From a virus (Duplodnaviria > Caudoviricetes), in IMG/VR virus record IMGVR_UViG_3300001687_000013, positions 1 to 64,000 of that record: a stretch of 64,000 nucleotides of DNA, one strand, 5' to 3'. The number at the start of each line of letters is the position of its first letter. The first letter of the stretch is position 1. The notes under the pieces were generated by a model. It was not told where the DNA came from. It was given only the letters and a program-made list of their open reading frames with translations, and searched no databases. Shown piece after piece: positions 8,187-17,266 of the stretch. The translations under genes and the position numbers were made by a program.

Positions 8187-8584
8187 TATGTCACCTTTCC
8201 AGCAAATCCATCACGGGCTTTTCCTTTATACCCCTTTTTCACGATGGTTTCCCCATTCCAATCGAAATCTTTACTGATAATATCATATAGGTTTCCAAAA
8301 TTCTTTTTTCTATCTATAATAGCATATGACTTAATCCCATAGAGATTACCATCAAGAGTATCATATATAAATTTACCTTCATCATAACCAACGTCAATAG
8401 TGACCATCTCTTTACCACGTTTATTCACATACACCTTATCAGCATTAATAAAAATCTTTTGTTTCCGTTGGACATCTTCTGTATAGGCCACAATTTTCTT
8501 TTGTAATTGAGAAGCAAATTTGTTACATAATACCAAGCTATCATCCTGTTCAAGGATATTCATTAATTCTTGTGCTTTACTCAT
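8186..8584 (-). CDS. leader-bearing protein, paralog of 8584-8964
   Basis: MSKAQELMNILE; GKFIYD..DG.LY.IK.Y..ID.KKNFG. Confidence 0.8.
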   Translation of the reverse strand: MSKAQELMNILEQDDSLVLCNKFASQLQKKIVAYTEDVQRKQKIFINADKVYVNKRGKEMVTIDVGYDEGKFIYDTLDGNLYGIKSYAIIDRKKNFGNLYDIISKDFDWNGETIVKKGYKGKARDGFAGKVT

Positions 8585-8964
8585 TATGCTATCCTTCCAG
8601 CATAACCATATTGGGTTCTGCCCTTCATACCTTTTGGCATAATTGAATAACCATCAAATTCAAAATCTTTTTTGACAATATCTTCTAATCTACCAAAATT
8701 TTTTTTCTTGTCAATAACTCCATATCCTTTGATAAAATATAGACAACCATCAATAGGATCATACATAAACTTTCCAGAACCACCAAGGTCTATTTTTATA
8801 TAAGATCTACCTGGTTTAACACTTACCTGACCTATTTTTATATTTGGATAAGTTTCTTTATAATACTTATCAACCTTAGTTTGGAGCATCTTAGCAAACT
8901 TTTGACATAAAGCTTCAGCTTCATTACCCTCAAAAATCTTTATAATTTTCTGTGATCTGTTCAT
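8584..8964 (-). CDS. leader-bearing protein, paralog of 8186-8584
   Basis: MNRSQKIIKIFE; GKFMYD..DG.LY.IK.Y..IDKKKNFG. Confidence 0.8.
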   Translation of the reverse strand: MNRSQKIIKIFEGNEAEALCQKFAKMLQTKVDKYYKETYPNIKIGQVSVKPGRSYIKIDLGGSGKFMYDPIDGCLYFIKGYGVIDKKKNFGRLEDIVKKDFEFDGYSIMPKGMKGRTQYGYAGRIA

Positions 8965-9353
8965 TAATCCTCCACTCCTGCATCCTTCTCCATCTTGGCA
9001 AGACGTGTATAATAGTCATCTATTTCTGCCAGATGATCAAGAGCAATCCTTTCAGCTATTAAAGGATTGGAAGTATGTTCCATTTCTACCTTTATACCCA
9101 TTTCTAATTGCTTAGAATCTACCTTATCCTTGGTGATCCCTTTTTCTTTGGCTCTTCCCTGTGCAAACATGTCAGAAATAACTTTATAAATCATCTCTTC
9201 AAATTTATGTTCATTAATCTTATTAGCCTCTGCAAAAGCATGAACTTCTTTATCAGGGGGATTTGGATTCTTCTTAAAGAACTCAATTATCTTAACTTCT
9301 ATATTGTTATCCTGCTCATCGAATTGAGCTAAGAATTGTTTTGCCTTACCCAT
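8964..9353 (-). CDS. leader-bearing DUF5661-like protein
   Basis: MGKAKQFLAQFDE; QLEMGIKVEMEHT...IALDHLAE..DYYTRL. Confidence 0.75.
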   Translation of the reverse strand: MGKAKQFLAQFDEQDNNIEVKIIEFFKKNPNPPDKEVHAFAEANKINEHKFEEMIYKVISDMFAQGRAKEKGITKDKVDSKQLEMGIKVEMEHTSNPLIAERIALDHLAEIDDYYTRLAKMEKDAGVED

Positions 9354-9575
9354 TTATCTTACCCCCAAATATCTTGCGAACACAGCTATTAAAGGATCAG
9401 AGGTTCGGGCTTCAGTCCAGTCTTTAAGAGTCCAACCTTTCTTAAGGGCATGTTGTACTCTATCTTCTAAATCTCTTACAAATTGTTGTTTTATATGTTT
9501 ATAAGTTTGAAGCTTTATAGCCTCAAAATTCTCAGGAGCTTTTTCTACTAATTTTAATACATCTTTTGCTTTCAT
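9354..9575 (-). CDS. leader-bearing hypothetical protein
   Basis: MKAKDVLKLVE. Confidence 0.8.
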   Translation of the reverse strand: MKAKDVLKLVEKAPENFEAIKLQTYKHIKQQFVRDLEDRVQHALKKGWTLKDWTEARTSDPLIAVFARYLGVR

Positions 9576-9577
9576 AT

Positions 9578-9916
9578 CTATTTCCTTACCTTAACAGTAG
9601 GTTTAGTCTGATACCTTTTTCCCTTTTTATAAAAATCAACAATAAGTTCACTATCAAATAACAGTGTTTCACCATTAGTCATTTGCAAGTAATATAGTCC
9701 TGGATTTTCAGATAACCAAATCTTATCACCATTTTTCAAAAGAGCATATGGGCCTTGGTATTGATCAAAAGGTTTTACTTTATTGAATATACCAGTCTTT
9801 TTAGCTACTTTCTCTAACTCCAACCTGGCTTCATACCACTCTCCACCTTTTTCTATATCATACTGACCCATTTCACCAGTTTCATTTATAAAATTTAGAA
9901 CATCTTTTGCTTTCAT
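9578..9916 (-). CDS. leader-bearing hypothetical protein
   Basis: MKAKDVLNFINE. Confidence 0.8.
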   Translation of the reverse strand: MKAKDVLNFINETGEMGQYDIEKGGEWYEARLELEKVAKKTGIFNKVKPFDQYQGPYALLKNGDKIWLSENPGLYYLQMTNGETLLFDSELIVDFYKKGKRYQTKPTVKVRK

Positions 9917-10257
9917 TATCTTTCAACCTCACTATAAACTTTTTTAGCCATTTTCACAGCTTCTTGTGGAGATTTAAAATAAGTAGACGATGGTACTCCT
10001 AATACTTTTCCATCTGTGGAGATCCAAGCATGTGACCTGTGTTTACGTGATAAATTCCATGTTCTAAGCATGTAACCTATATGTTTTCCTGTTTTATTTG
10101 ATATAGGATCAATTGACCAAGTAGTACCCTTATCATCCCTATAGTCATATCCATGTTTCCCAGCTTCAGCAGAAGTACCACCAGCATACATACTCCAATC
10201 ATTAAGACTGGGAATTCCACCTTCATTGATTATATTTAATATATCTCTTGCTTTCAT
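9916..10257 (-). CDS. leader-bearing hypothetical protein
   Basis: MKARDILNIINE. Confidence 0.8.
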   Translation of the reverse strand: MKARDILNIINEGGIPSLNDWSMYAGGTSAEAGKHGYDYRDDKGTTWSIDPISNKTGKHIGYMLRTWNLSRKHRSHAWISTDGKVLGVPSSTYFKSPQEAVKMAKKVYSEVER

Positions 10258-10526
10258 TATACATTGTATCCTGTAGGTACTAATTTTTTCAATCTATCTA
10301 CAATTTCTTGAAGACGGGGAATAACTATTATTAAAGCTTTCCCTATGTCCTCAGTACGTTCATCATTAAGTCTCTTTTTTACAACAGCCTCAACACCTAT
10401 CGGGGTACTAACTCCCTTACCTTGTAGGAATTTTACAACAATATCGTTTATTTCTTTTATGAGCTTGTCATAACTCGTGTGCTTTTCTTCACCCATTTGA
10501 AGAATATCTTTTGCTGTTATACTCAT
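10257..10526 (-). CDS. leader-bearing hypothetical protein
   Basis: MSITAKDILQMGE. Confidence 0.8.
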   Translation of the reverse strand: MSITAKDILQMGEEKHTSYDKLIKEINDIVVKFLQGKGVSTPIGVEAVVKKRLNDERTEDIGKALIIVIPRLQEIVDRLKKLVPTGYNV

Positions 10527-10849
10527 ATTTTCCTCTTCTTATCTATGAAATCCAGAAGGCCCCTCTTTATCCACTCAGGAAGTGCATTGACTTTCTCAAG
10601 TGCTTCCTCTGGTTTATAATTCCGTAAATCATCCAATGTTTCAATAGATCCAGTTTTTCTTAGTTCCTTATCTAAAGAATCATGTAAACCAGATCTCATA
10701 AATAATTCTGCTTTGTAATTATGATCATTGATTAGTTTACCAGAAAACTCATCAATCCACTGAACATAATTATCTGACCAACCCTCAACATTGAAAGTTT
10801 CTTTTTGTATTTCTTCTGTTATTTGTATGACTTCTTTAGCTGTTCTCAT
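10523..10849 (-). CDS. leader-bearing hypothetical protein
   Basis: MRTAKEVIQITEE. Confidence 0.8.
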   Translation of the reverse strand: MRTAKEVIQITEEIQKETFNVEGWSDNYVQWIDEFSGKLINDHNYKAELFMRSGLHDSLDKELRKTGSIETLDDLRNYKPEEALEKVNALPEWIKRGLLDFIDKKRKI

Positions 10850-11175
10850 AATTCTAACCTAAATTTGTAATTTGTCTTAGACCTAACAAAATTTTTTATC
10901 CTGGGTATTAATTCATCAGCCTGATCACTAAACTTGTGCTCTCTGACTAAAACAACACTCTTTGGAGAGTCTATTGTAAATATAACTTCAAGTTGTCCCC
11001 CATCATTCATATTAATCAGGAAAGACTCAACACCATAATCAACAATCTTAGCCCGTGTCATTATCTTTTTATCCAGACTTAAATTCTTTATAAGACCTTC
11101 CTTGAATCTGGATATTGTTAGGGGGAGAACCTTTCCCTGTTTCAACATCTCCAATAGTTTTTCTGCTTTGTTCAT
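10846..11175 (-). CDS. leader-bearing hypothetical protein
   Basis: MNKAEKLLEML. Confidence 0.75.
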   Translation of the reverse strand: MNKAEKLLEMLKQGKVLPLTISRFKEGLIKNLSLDKKIMTRAKIVDYGVESFLINMNDGGQLEVIFTIDSPKSVVLVREHKFSDQADELIPRIKNFVRSKTNYKFRLEL

Positions 11176-11177
11176 AA

Positions 11178-11474
11178 TCATACCTTTTTAATTGGGTATA
11201 CCCCTGTCAAATTAAAATCTATAATATCAACTTCTACTGTTACTCCATCTTTATTAAACTGAGGACAATCTTCTTCTCCTCCAACTTTTACCCATCCTTT
11301 TTTCTCAAAGTAACGTTTTACTGTGTAGAAGTCTTTTTTAACTACTGGGACTTTTCCGAAACCCATCTTTTGTACAGTCACAGGAATTTTCTCTTTTTGG
11401 AGCTTATTAATAACTTCTAACTCCCAATCTTTTAACTTCTCACATAGTTGTAATAGTTTTTCTGATTTATTCAT
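11178..11474 (-). CDS. leader-bearing hypothetical protein
   Basis: revised start MNKSEKLLQLCE (ATGA overlap). Confidence 0.8.
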   Translation of the reverse strand: MNKSEKLLQLCEKLKDWELEVINKLQKEKIPVTVQKMGFGKVPVVKKDFYTVKRYFEKKGWVKVGGEEDCPQFNKDGVTVEVDIIDFNLTGVYPIKKV

Positions 11475-11689
11475 TTTAATTTCCACACATTCAAATGACT
11501 TAAAATTTCTTTACCTTTAATGGCAGTATAATTTTTTAACCCCTCTACAGAGATGTGATCTAAAGCTTTTGTAAGTTTATCAAAAGGATTCTTTGAATCA
11601 ACTTCCTTTGTATCCAAATTAACCAAATAGTATTTAGATTTAACAAGTTTACCACTCAGTATCTTTAATGTTTTTGTAGCCTTATTCAT
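11471..11689 (-). CDS. leader-bearing hypothetical protein
   Basis: MNKATKTLKILS. Confidence 0.75.
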   Translation of the reverse strand: MNKATKTLKILSGKLVKSKYYLVNLDTKEVDSKNPFDKLTKALDHISVEGLKNYTAIKGKEILSHLNVWKLK

Positions 11690-12051
11690 TACCTTATACC
11701 CAAATCTTTTACGAATGTGTAATATGTTACATTAATATTACGTTCTTCACCACGTTTATACTGTATCTTCTTATTCCTAAACATATCAATAAGGAAATTG
11801 TCAACCTCATCAAAATCAGAATTAAACTCAATAGTGTATGATCTTTTCCCAGGTTTAATTTTATGGCCCTTAACTGGAACTATACTGAATTCTCTCTCAT
11901 CATCCCCATAATTTTTCTCATAGGTGCTCAGGATTATAGCACGTTCCATTTGTGGGGGATCTTCTATAAGTTGCCTTATAGATCTCTGATCTTCTGGGGA
12001 CAATTTAACCATTGCTTCCAGAATCCTTAATATTTCCTTTGATACAGTCAT
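11689..12051 (-). CDS. leader-bearing hypothetical protein
   Basis: MTVSKEILRILEA. Confidence 0.8.
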   Translation of the reverse strand: MTVSKEILRILEAMVKLSPEDQRSIRQLIEDPPQMERAIILSTYEKNYGDDEREFSIVPVKGHKIKPGKRSYTIEFNSDFDEVDNFLIDMFRNKKIQYKRGEERNINVTYYTFVKDLGIR

Positions 12052-12052
12052 T

Positions 12053-12349
12053 TTAAAAATACCTACTATAACTGGCAGAATCGAACATACCCTTTGGGAT
12101 CATACTCTTCATAGCTCTGAGAATCATATCATCAGATTTTACAGAACTCGTGGAGGTGATAACTATCTTTCCATTTTCCCATTTGGCTACGGTCTCACGA
12201 CCCATCCCCAATTTTTCCAGGGTTTTACCATCTGTCTCTAAAAGTTTTCCTTCCAGTGCTTTCTTATCTGAAAAAGCATCAATAACCTTCTTATCTATAG
12301 GTTTTAAAGCTTCTCCCATTAATTGTAATATATCTTGTGCCTTACTCAT
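12053..12349 (-). CDS. leader-bearing hypothetical protein
   Basis: MSKAQDILQLMGEA. Confidence 0.8.
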   Translation of the reverse strand: MSKAQDILQLMGEALKPIDKKVIDAFSDKKALEGKLLETDGKTLEKLGMGRETVAKWENGKIVITSTSSVKSDDMILRAMKSMIPKGMFDSASYSRYF

Positions 12350-12350
12350 A

Positions 12351-12605
12351 TTATTTACCTATTACTGACTTATTCTTTAGAGAAAGTTGTAACTCATTAG
12401 CAGATACCTCATGTGAATAAGCATATTTATCTTTATTTACAAGAATAAGACTATTTTTCTTATCAGGATTTACTATAACAACATATCTACCCTCTGGTAC
12501 TGCTTCTTCTTTTGTCCAGGAGTATAAAGACCCAGCAGTTACTACAATTATTTCCTTTGGAGGAAAAGCTTCCATTAAATTTAAAATATCTTGTGCTGTT
12601 TTCAT
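12351..12605 (-). CDS. leader-bearing hypothetical protein
   Basis: MKTAQDILNLMEA. Confidence 0.8.
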   Translation of the reverse strand: MKTAQDILNLMEAFPPKEIIVVTAGSLYSWTKEEAVPEGRYVVIVNPDKKNSLILVNKDKYAYSHEVSANELQLSLKNKSVIGK

Positions 12606-12608
12606 GTT

Positions 12609-13058
12609 TTATCCCTTAAAGCTTCTAACTTTTGTAACTATATTGAAATCATAGATAGACTTTTCAGTTCCATCCTCTAACTCAACATCTAAAACATCCA
12701 GTGTTCCTTCATTTGGAGCATCGTCTATCAATCTCACTATTTCAGTAGTTTTTATCCAATTAGCTGCTGGATAGTTCTTCTGGATTCCAGGGCCAGTTCG
12801 TATAACCTTAATGAAACTACCAGCTTTGATCATCTCTGACATCTTGCTTTCTGCTATAACAATCTGTCCATCCTTGACCCACTTATCAAGCAGAGCTTTC
12901 CTGGAAGGATTCTTGCTCAATTCTTTCTCGATGACCTTTTTAGCTTCATCCTCATCTTTTGCTATGACAGTTGTAACTATCTGACCACTTTTAAATGTAG
13001 CCTTAAACTTTTTATTACCTTGTTCAAATAAACTTAAAATATCTTTCGCTGTTGTCAT
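12609..13058 (-). CDS. leader-bearing two-domain protein
   Basis: MTTAKDILSLFE; second SH3-like domain after IAE..MSE. Confidence 0.8.
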   Translation of the reverse strand: MTTAKDILSLFEQGNKKFKATFKSGQIVTTVIAKDEDEAKKVIEKELSKNPSRKALLDKWVKDGQIVIAESKMSEMIKAGSFIKVIRTGPGIQKNYPAANWIKTTEIVRLIDDAPNEGTLDVLDVELEDGTEKSIYDFNIVTKVRSFKG

Positions 13059-13258
13059 TATTTACTCCCAGGTTTTGTAGCAAAATGAAATTTTCTCTCA
13101 TCAAATTCTGGTGTATCTTTGCTAAACATGTTTGCAAAAGCATCAACTAATTTCTTATCAGCACCATTATCTTTTAAAAGTTTAGCTATTGCTACATAAT
13201 GTTTTGCTGTAAACATACGTGCTTCAGTTAATTCTAATAAATCGTTTGCTTTACCCAT
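13058..13258 (-). CDS. leader-bearing hypothetical protein
   Basis: MGKANDLLELTEA; FTAKHY.AIA...D.P.FD..KF. Confidence 0.8.
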   Translation of the reverse strand: MGKANDLLELTEARMFTAKHYVAIAKLLKDNGADKKLVDAFANMFSKDTPEFDERKFHFATKPGSK

Positions 13259-13557
13259 TATCCTATCATCACGATCTCAAGGTCTCCCTTGTAATAGGTT
13301 GTAATCTTATCTGTAATCTTCTTGGCAAATTCTTTGTTACCTTTGATAACATCACAGAGAAGTTTATTAGGATCTTGTAACTCCATCCCTATTTCTACTT
13401 CTTCGTCCACACTCTTGTAAACTATTACTATAGAATTTTCTTTTTGCTCTTTGAGGAGATCAATGTAGATCTCTCCTGATTGTGTAGGAACTTTTGCAAT
13501 CTTAGGCAAAGTTTTATCTTCCCCCACCAACCTTAATAATTGGTCTATTTTTCTCAT
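13258..13557 (-). CDS. leader-bearing hypothetical protein
   Basis: MRKIDQLLRLVGE. Confidence 0.75.
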   Translation of the reverse strand: MRKIDQLLRLVGEDKTLPKIAKVPTQSGEIYIDLLKEQKENSIVIVYKSVDEEVEIGMELQDPNKLLCDVIKGNKEFAKKITDKITTYYKGDLEIVMIG

Positions 13558-14312
13558 AATCGTTTTCCTTCTTTAGCTTTCTTAATATATCCTGTTATAT
13601 CTCTATGTAGATATTTTTCAGCCCATTTCCAATCTATATCCAGGATAATATTATCATTGTACCCTGCTTCTATATAGACATCAATAGTAAGATATGCTCT
13701 ACTTCCAATAACCCCTTTTAAAAGTTTAGGAAATGGTGTCCTTATCCCTAAAGATTTATATGCTTCTTTATGTAATAAAGTAGCGTCAAAAATATAAACC
13801 CTCTTTTCAGTGTTATCAGCTAAAAATCGTAATAAAGGAGTTCCATACATCATATACTTACTTGAAGATAATAATCCAGCTATTTCTGATGGAGAAGGAT
13901 TCAAAAAGATTTCACAATCCTTTCCAACTCTTGTTAAATATTCTTCCTCTATTCCAGGTTTATGTTCACCTTGTTTAAAGCTTCCAACTCTACTGATATC
14001 ATCATAGGCATAAGCTTCTATTCTATTATTATCCCATATGACTTTAGTAGGAAATCTAAATTTTCTAATAAACTGTTTAATTTCAGCAAAAGTTTTCTGA
14101 TCAAGGTTTTTGGTAGTAATATTAGTCTCCCTTAAACTTGGAGTCCCTGAACATATATCATATCTAATGAAACCATCAGTAATTTTGTAAGGAAATACTT
14201 CAGTATGATACTTACCTGGATTAAGTCTGGTATCTTGACCAGTCTTATAGTTGTACCATCCTCTTATAAATTCTATTTCCTCAATCAACTGTAGTAATTT
14301 TTTAGCCTTCAT
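13554..14312 (-). CDS. leader-bearing two-domain protein
   Basis: MKAKKLLQLIEE; second domain EIFLNPSPSE...LRF...H. Confidence 0.8.
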   Translation of the reverse strand: MKAKKLLQLIEEIEFIRGWYNYKTGQDTRLNPGKYHTEVFPYKITDGFIRYDICSGTPSLRETNITTKNLDQKTFAEIKQFIRKFRFPTKVIWDNNRIEAYAYDDISRVGSFKQGEHKPGIEEEYLTRVGKDCEIFLNPSPSEIAGLLSSSKYMMYGTPLLRFLADNTEKRVYIFDATLLHKEAYKSLGIRTPFPKLLKGVIGSRAYLTIDVYIEAGYNDNIILDIDWKWAEKYLHRDITGYIKKAKEGKRL

Positions 14313-14319
14313 AACTTAA

Positions 14320-15042
14320 TCATCCATAAGGATTTGACATATCTTGACGTTTCCAGTCATGTACCTCTAAAGCTCTCATTGTATTTACATAAAGTTTATA
14401 CAAATTAAAGAATTCTTCACCCTCTTTTACGTCTTTCACTTGGTACAGACTCATATTATCATAGAAATAGTAATTATCATTATAAGAAACCATTGTCTCA
14501 AATTTACCTAAACGTTTTACTATCTTTAGTTTAATCCCTGCATCTCCCTGAAAGGTGCCTTTCATTTTGGCCTTCCTTGAATCCAGAGTATCTCTTATAC
14601 TGTGAACAAGGCTTGTAGCTTGTTTAGCATCTTCTTTACCAGTTATCTTAAATTGTGGTAGTTTGGGAAGAGTCTTAGGATTTACAATTTCCTGCTTCTC
14701 TGGTTGTTGACCATACAATTGACAATTAAGATAATCACCACGATCAGCGTACACACTCCCAAAATATTTCTGCATCTCTTTAGCCAGTTTGTCTAAATTG
14801 GGGATCTTGTTCCCATTAGTTTGAACTACCAGGATATTCCCATAAGACCCACCTATAGAAAAAGTAAATTCTTTGTCTTCAGAATCTATACTAACAGGTC
14901 TACCACTAAACCTCTTATTTTTAGGAAACTTAATCTTAGTAATCTTAATAACTGTTTGGTATAATTCCTTCATAACATTAGCAGGAATAGCCTCAGCACT
15001 TTTCTGTTCCAATATATTTAATATATATCCTGACTTTTTCAT
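14320..15042 (-). CDS. leader-bearing hypothetical protein
   Basis: MKKSGYILNILE. Confidence 0.8.
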   Translation of the reverse strand: MKKSGYILNILEQKSAEAIPANVMKELYQTVIKITKIKFPKNKRFSGRPVSIDSEDKEFTFSIGGSYGNILVVQTNGNKIPNLDKLAKEMQKYFGSVYADRGDYLNCQLYGQQPEKQEIVNPKTLPKLPQFKITGKEDAKQATSLVHSIRDTLDSRKAKMKGTFQGDAGIKLKIVKRLGKFETMVSYNDNYYFYDNMSLYQVKDVKEGEEFFNLYKLYVNTMRALEVHDWKRQDMSNPYG

Positions 15043-15317
15043 TTTCCTAATTTCTTCTTGAAATCTGCTTCTGTATCTAAGGAGTTCTTATCTACAGACA
15101 TTCTATTTCCTTTTTCATCCTCAATAAATACAAACTTCTTCATAGGATCAAAATCTTTTTTAGTGACTTTTACCTTTGCTCCTATTTCAATGTCTTTTCC
15201 ATTAATAACTCTACCCATAAATCTATCTAAAAGAATAGGGTTATATATGTATGTTCCCCCCACCTTAGGATTTTTTACTGCTTCCATTATTCCGAGTAAT
15301 TCTTTTACTTTGTTCAT
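15039..15317 (-). CDS. leader-bearing SH3-like protein
   Basis: MNKVKELLGIMEA; PKVGGTY...GAKVKV...IEDEKG...V..NSL. Confidence 0.8.
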   Translation of the reverse strand: MNKVKELLGIMEAVKNPKVGGTYIYNPILLDRFMGRVINGKDIEIGAKVKVTKKDFDPMKKFVFIEDEKGNRMSVDKNSLDTEADFKKKLGK

Positions 15318-15319
15318 AA

Positions 15320-15637
15320 TTAAACTCCATAGGTAGTGTTCATATCTATAAGGACTATATCATTTATAACTATACGATCCTTATCAGAAAAAAACTTTTT
15401 TATCTTATCAATATTTTTTACTATTAACTTATGTAAATGGTCTACATATTTGTGTGTAAGTTCCCTATTATAAGGCTCCAAATTTAGATATAATACTCTT
15501 GGATCAGTACCTAACATTGAATCTTTGCTTGGCTTAACAATGAAGATATTTTCAAAATCTTTACCTTTAATATATTTAGAGAGTTTTTCACTACTTGAAG
15601 CTTCTATTAATTTTATAATTTCTTTAGCTTTGTTCAT
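15320..15637 (-). CDS. leader-bearing hypothetical protein
   Basis: MNKAKEIIKLIEA. Confidence 0.8.
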   Translation of the reverse strand: MNKAKEIIKLIEASSSEKLSKYIKGKDFENIFIVKPSKDSMLGTDPRVLYLNLEPYNRELTHKYVDHLHKLIVKNIDKIKKFFSDKDRIVINDIVLIDMNTTYGV

Positions 15638-15640
15638 ATC

Positions 15641-15895
15641 TTACTCCAAGGAAACCTTATGGACTGTCATAACATTCCCAAACTTGTCCATTATATTAGC
15701 CAATAAATTCTTACTATCAAAATCAACGTTAAGAACTACCACTTCAGTCCCAGGTTTGATTCTTTTTCCCTTCTTAACGATGGGAAAATTTTTATCCATC
15801 ATATTCTCTTCTGGATTGAATTTATATTTATCCCCTATCTTTATATTTGGATAGGAGGAGGACTCTATAAGTTCCTTTAATATTCTACTCTTCAT
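15641..15895 (-). CDS. leader-bearing SH3-like protein
   Basis: MKSRILKELIES; IKIGDKY...GTEVVV...IMDKFG...V...SL. Confidence 0.8.
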   Translation of the reverse strand: MKSRILKELIESSSYPNIKIGDKYKFNPEENMMDKNFPIVKKGKRIKPGTEVVVLNVDFDSKNLLANIMDKFGNVMTVHKVSLE

Positions 15896-16242
15896 GCTGC
15901 TTTTTTCCTCCCACGTTTATCTGACTTGTAAGCATCAAAAACTGTAACATATATTTTTCCACTCATCTTACTTACAGCATGTTTATGACCTAATCTCCCA
16001 GCTATTTTCTTGATAACCTCATGAACTCCTTTTTCTGATATATTGGGATCGATGACAAATATAAGGTCTTCTTTCTCATTAGTTTTTACTATAATCTTAT
16101 TTTTTGGAGCTTCAAATGAGTGAAGTAATATAGTAGTTGGTTTCCCATCCTGAATAGCTTTTGATAACAATTGTATATCTCGTGAATTAAGATCACCATA
16201 AGCCATTTCTGAGATCAGGTCTAATATATCTTTAGCTTTCAT
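15892..16242 (-). CDS. leader-bearing hypothetical protein
   Basis: MKAKDILDLISE. Confidence 0.8.
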   Translation of the reverse strand: MKAKDILDLISEMAYGDLNSRDIQLLSKAIQDGKPTTILLHSFEAPKNKIIVKTNEKEDLIFVIDPNISEKGVHEVIKKIAGRLGHKHAVSKMSGKIYVTVFDAYKSDKRGRKKAA

Positions 16243-16700
16243 TAAACATTCCTTTCCTCTTTTGGAAAGAGATCATTTGTTTCATCTGAGTTAAAAGCAT
16301 CAAATACATGACAAACAATTCGTGCTTTACCATCTTTTATTTCAAAGTACATTTCATCATATACCAAGAAACCATTAGAATGTTTTGATTGAACTACAAT
16401 CTTAGCTATGGTTTTGGTAATAAACAAAAGTTCCAGCATTTCTGCATCATATCGTGTACCTAATTGGACATATCCTTCAACAAAATTTCCCCAGGACTCA
16501 AATGGTATAAGTTCTAAGTCAATATATTTCTGAGCTTCAGGGAAATTTAATTCACCCAAGGCATTATAATATTGTATGAAAGTATCTCTAACTAATATAG
16601 TGTTTTGTTTTATAGTGCTCTTATCAGCGTAACTTGTCCCCACCATTCCACACATCATTAATACAATCAATAAAACAATAAATGCTTTCCTGTAACTCAT
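16242..16700 (-). CDS. secreted protein with Sec signal peptide, NTF2-like pattern
   Basis: MSYRK + hydrophobic core + SYA cleavage site; no leader. Confidence 0.7.
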   Translation of the reverse strand: MSYRKAFIVLLIVLMMCGMVGTSYADKSTIKQNTILVRDTFIQYYNALGELNFPEAQKYIDLELIPFESWGNFVEGYVQLGTRYDAEMLELLFITKTIAKIVVQSKHSNGFLVYDEMYFEIKDGKARIVCHVFDAFNSDETNDLFPKEERNV

Positions 16701-16709
16701 CCCAATACC

Positions 16710-17264
16710 CTATCTTTCGTCTATAACTTTTAAGACCTTAAAATTTTTATCCTTCTTCATTGCATTTGCCCTACCCATATCAGCGTCTATAAGCAATGCA
16801 TCTTTATACTTCTCATATTCTCCCATACCAACACTACCATAATATTCTGCTTTACGCCATAGTTCCCCTGATTTAACATTAGGATCTGCTGGTATAGCAA
16901 CTATTCTTACACGTTTAAAATCATTAAGGTTGACTGTTTTACCTCTCTTTCCAGCAAGTAAAAGTTCAATATTCTTAACTTGTTTTGGTCTAACGTTCTT
17001 GTATAGTTTTATGAAAGTTTTACAACCTCTTACTATAAGATCTGTTCCAATATTTCTGGAAATCATTTGTTCCTTAACATAAGGATATCTATAAAAGAAT
17101 ATTCTCCTATCATCAACCTTTGTAATAATAATGTGATCAGGAGAAGAAGAAGCTCCCATATAATATTCCGTATTGGGTTGTAACAAGATATTAGTTTGGA
17201 GGGGTTCAAGGCCCCCACCACCTATACTATATATTTGCTCTAAAAGTTTCTTTGCATTTGTCAT
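16710..17264 (-). CDS. leader-bearing hypothetical protein
   Basis: MTNAKKLLEQI. Confidence 0.75.
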   Translation of the reverse strand: MTNAKKLLEQIYSIGGGGLEPLQTNILLQPNTEYYMGASSSPDHIIITKVDDRRIFFYRYPYVKEQMISRNIGTDLIVRGCKTFIKLYKNVRPKQVKNIELLLAGKRGKTVNLNDFKRVRIVAIPADPNVKSGELWRKAEYYGSVGMGEYEKYKDALLIDADMGRANAMKKDKNFKVLKVIDER

Positions 17265-17266
17265 AT

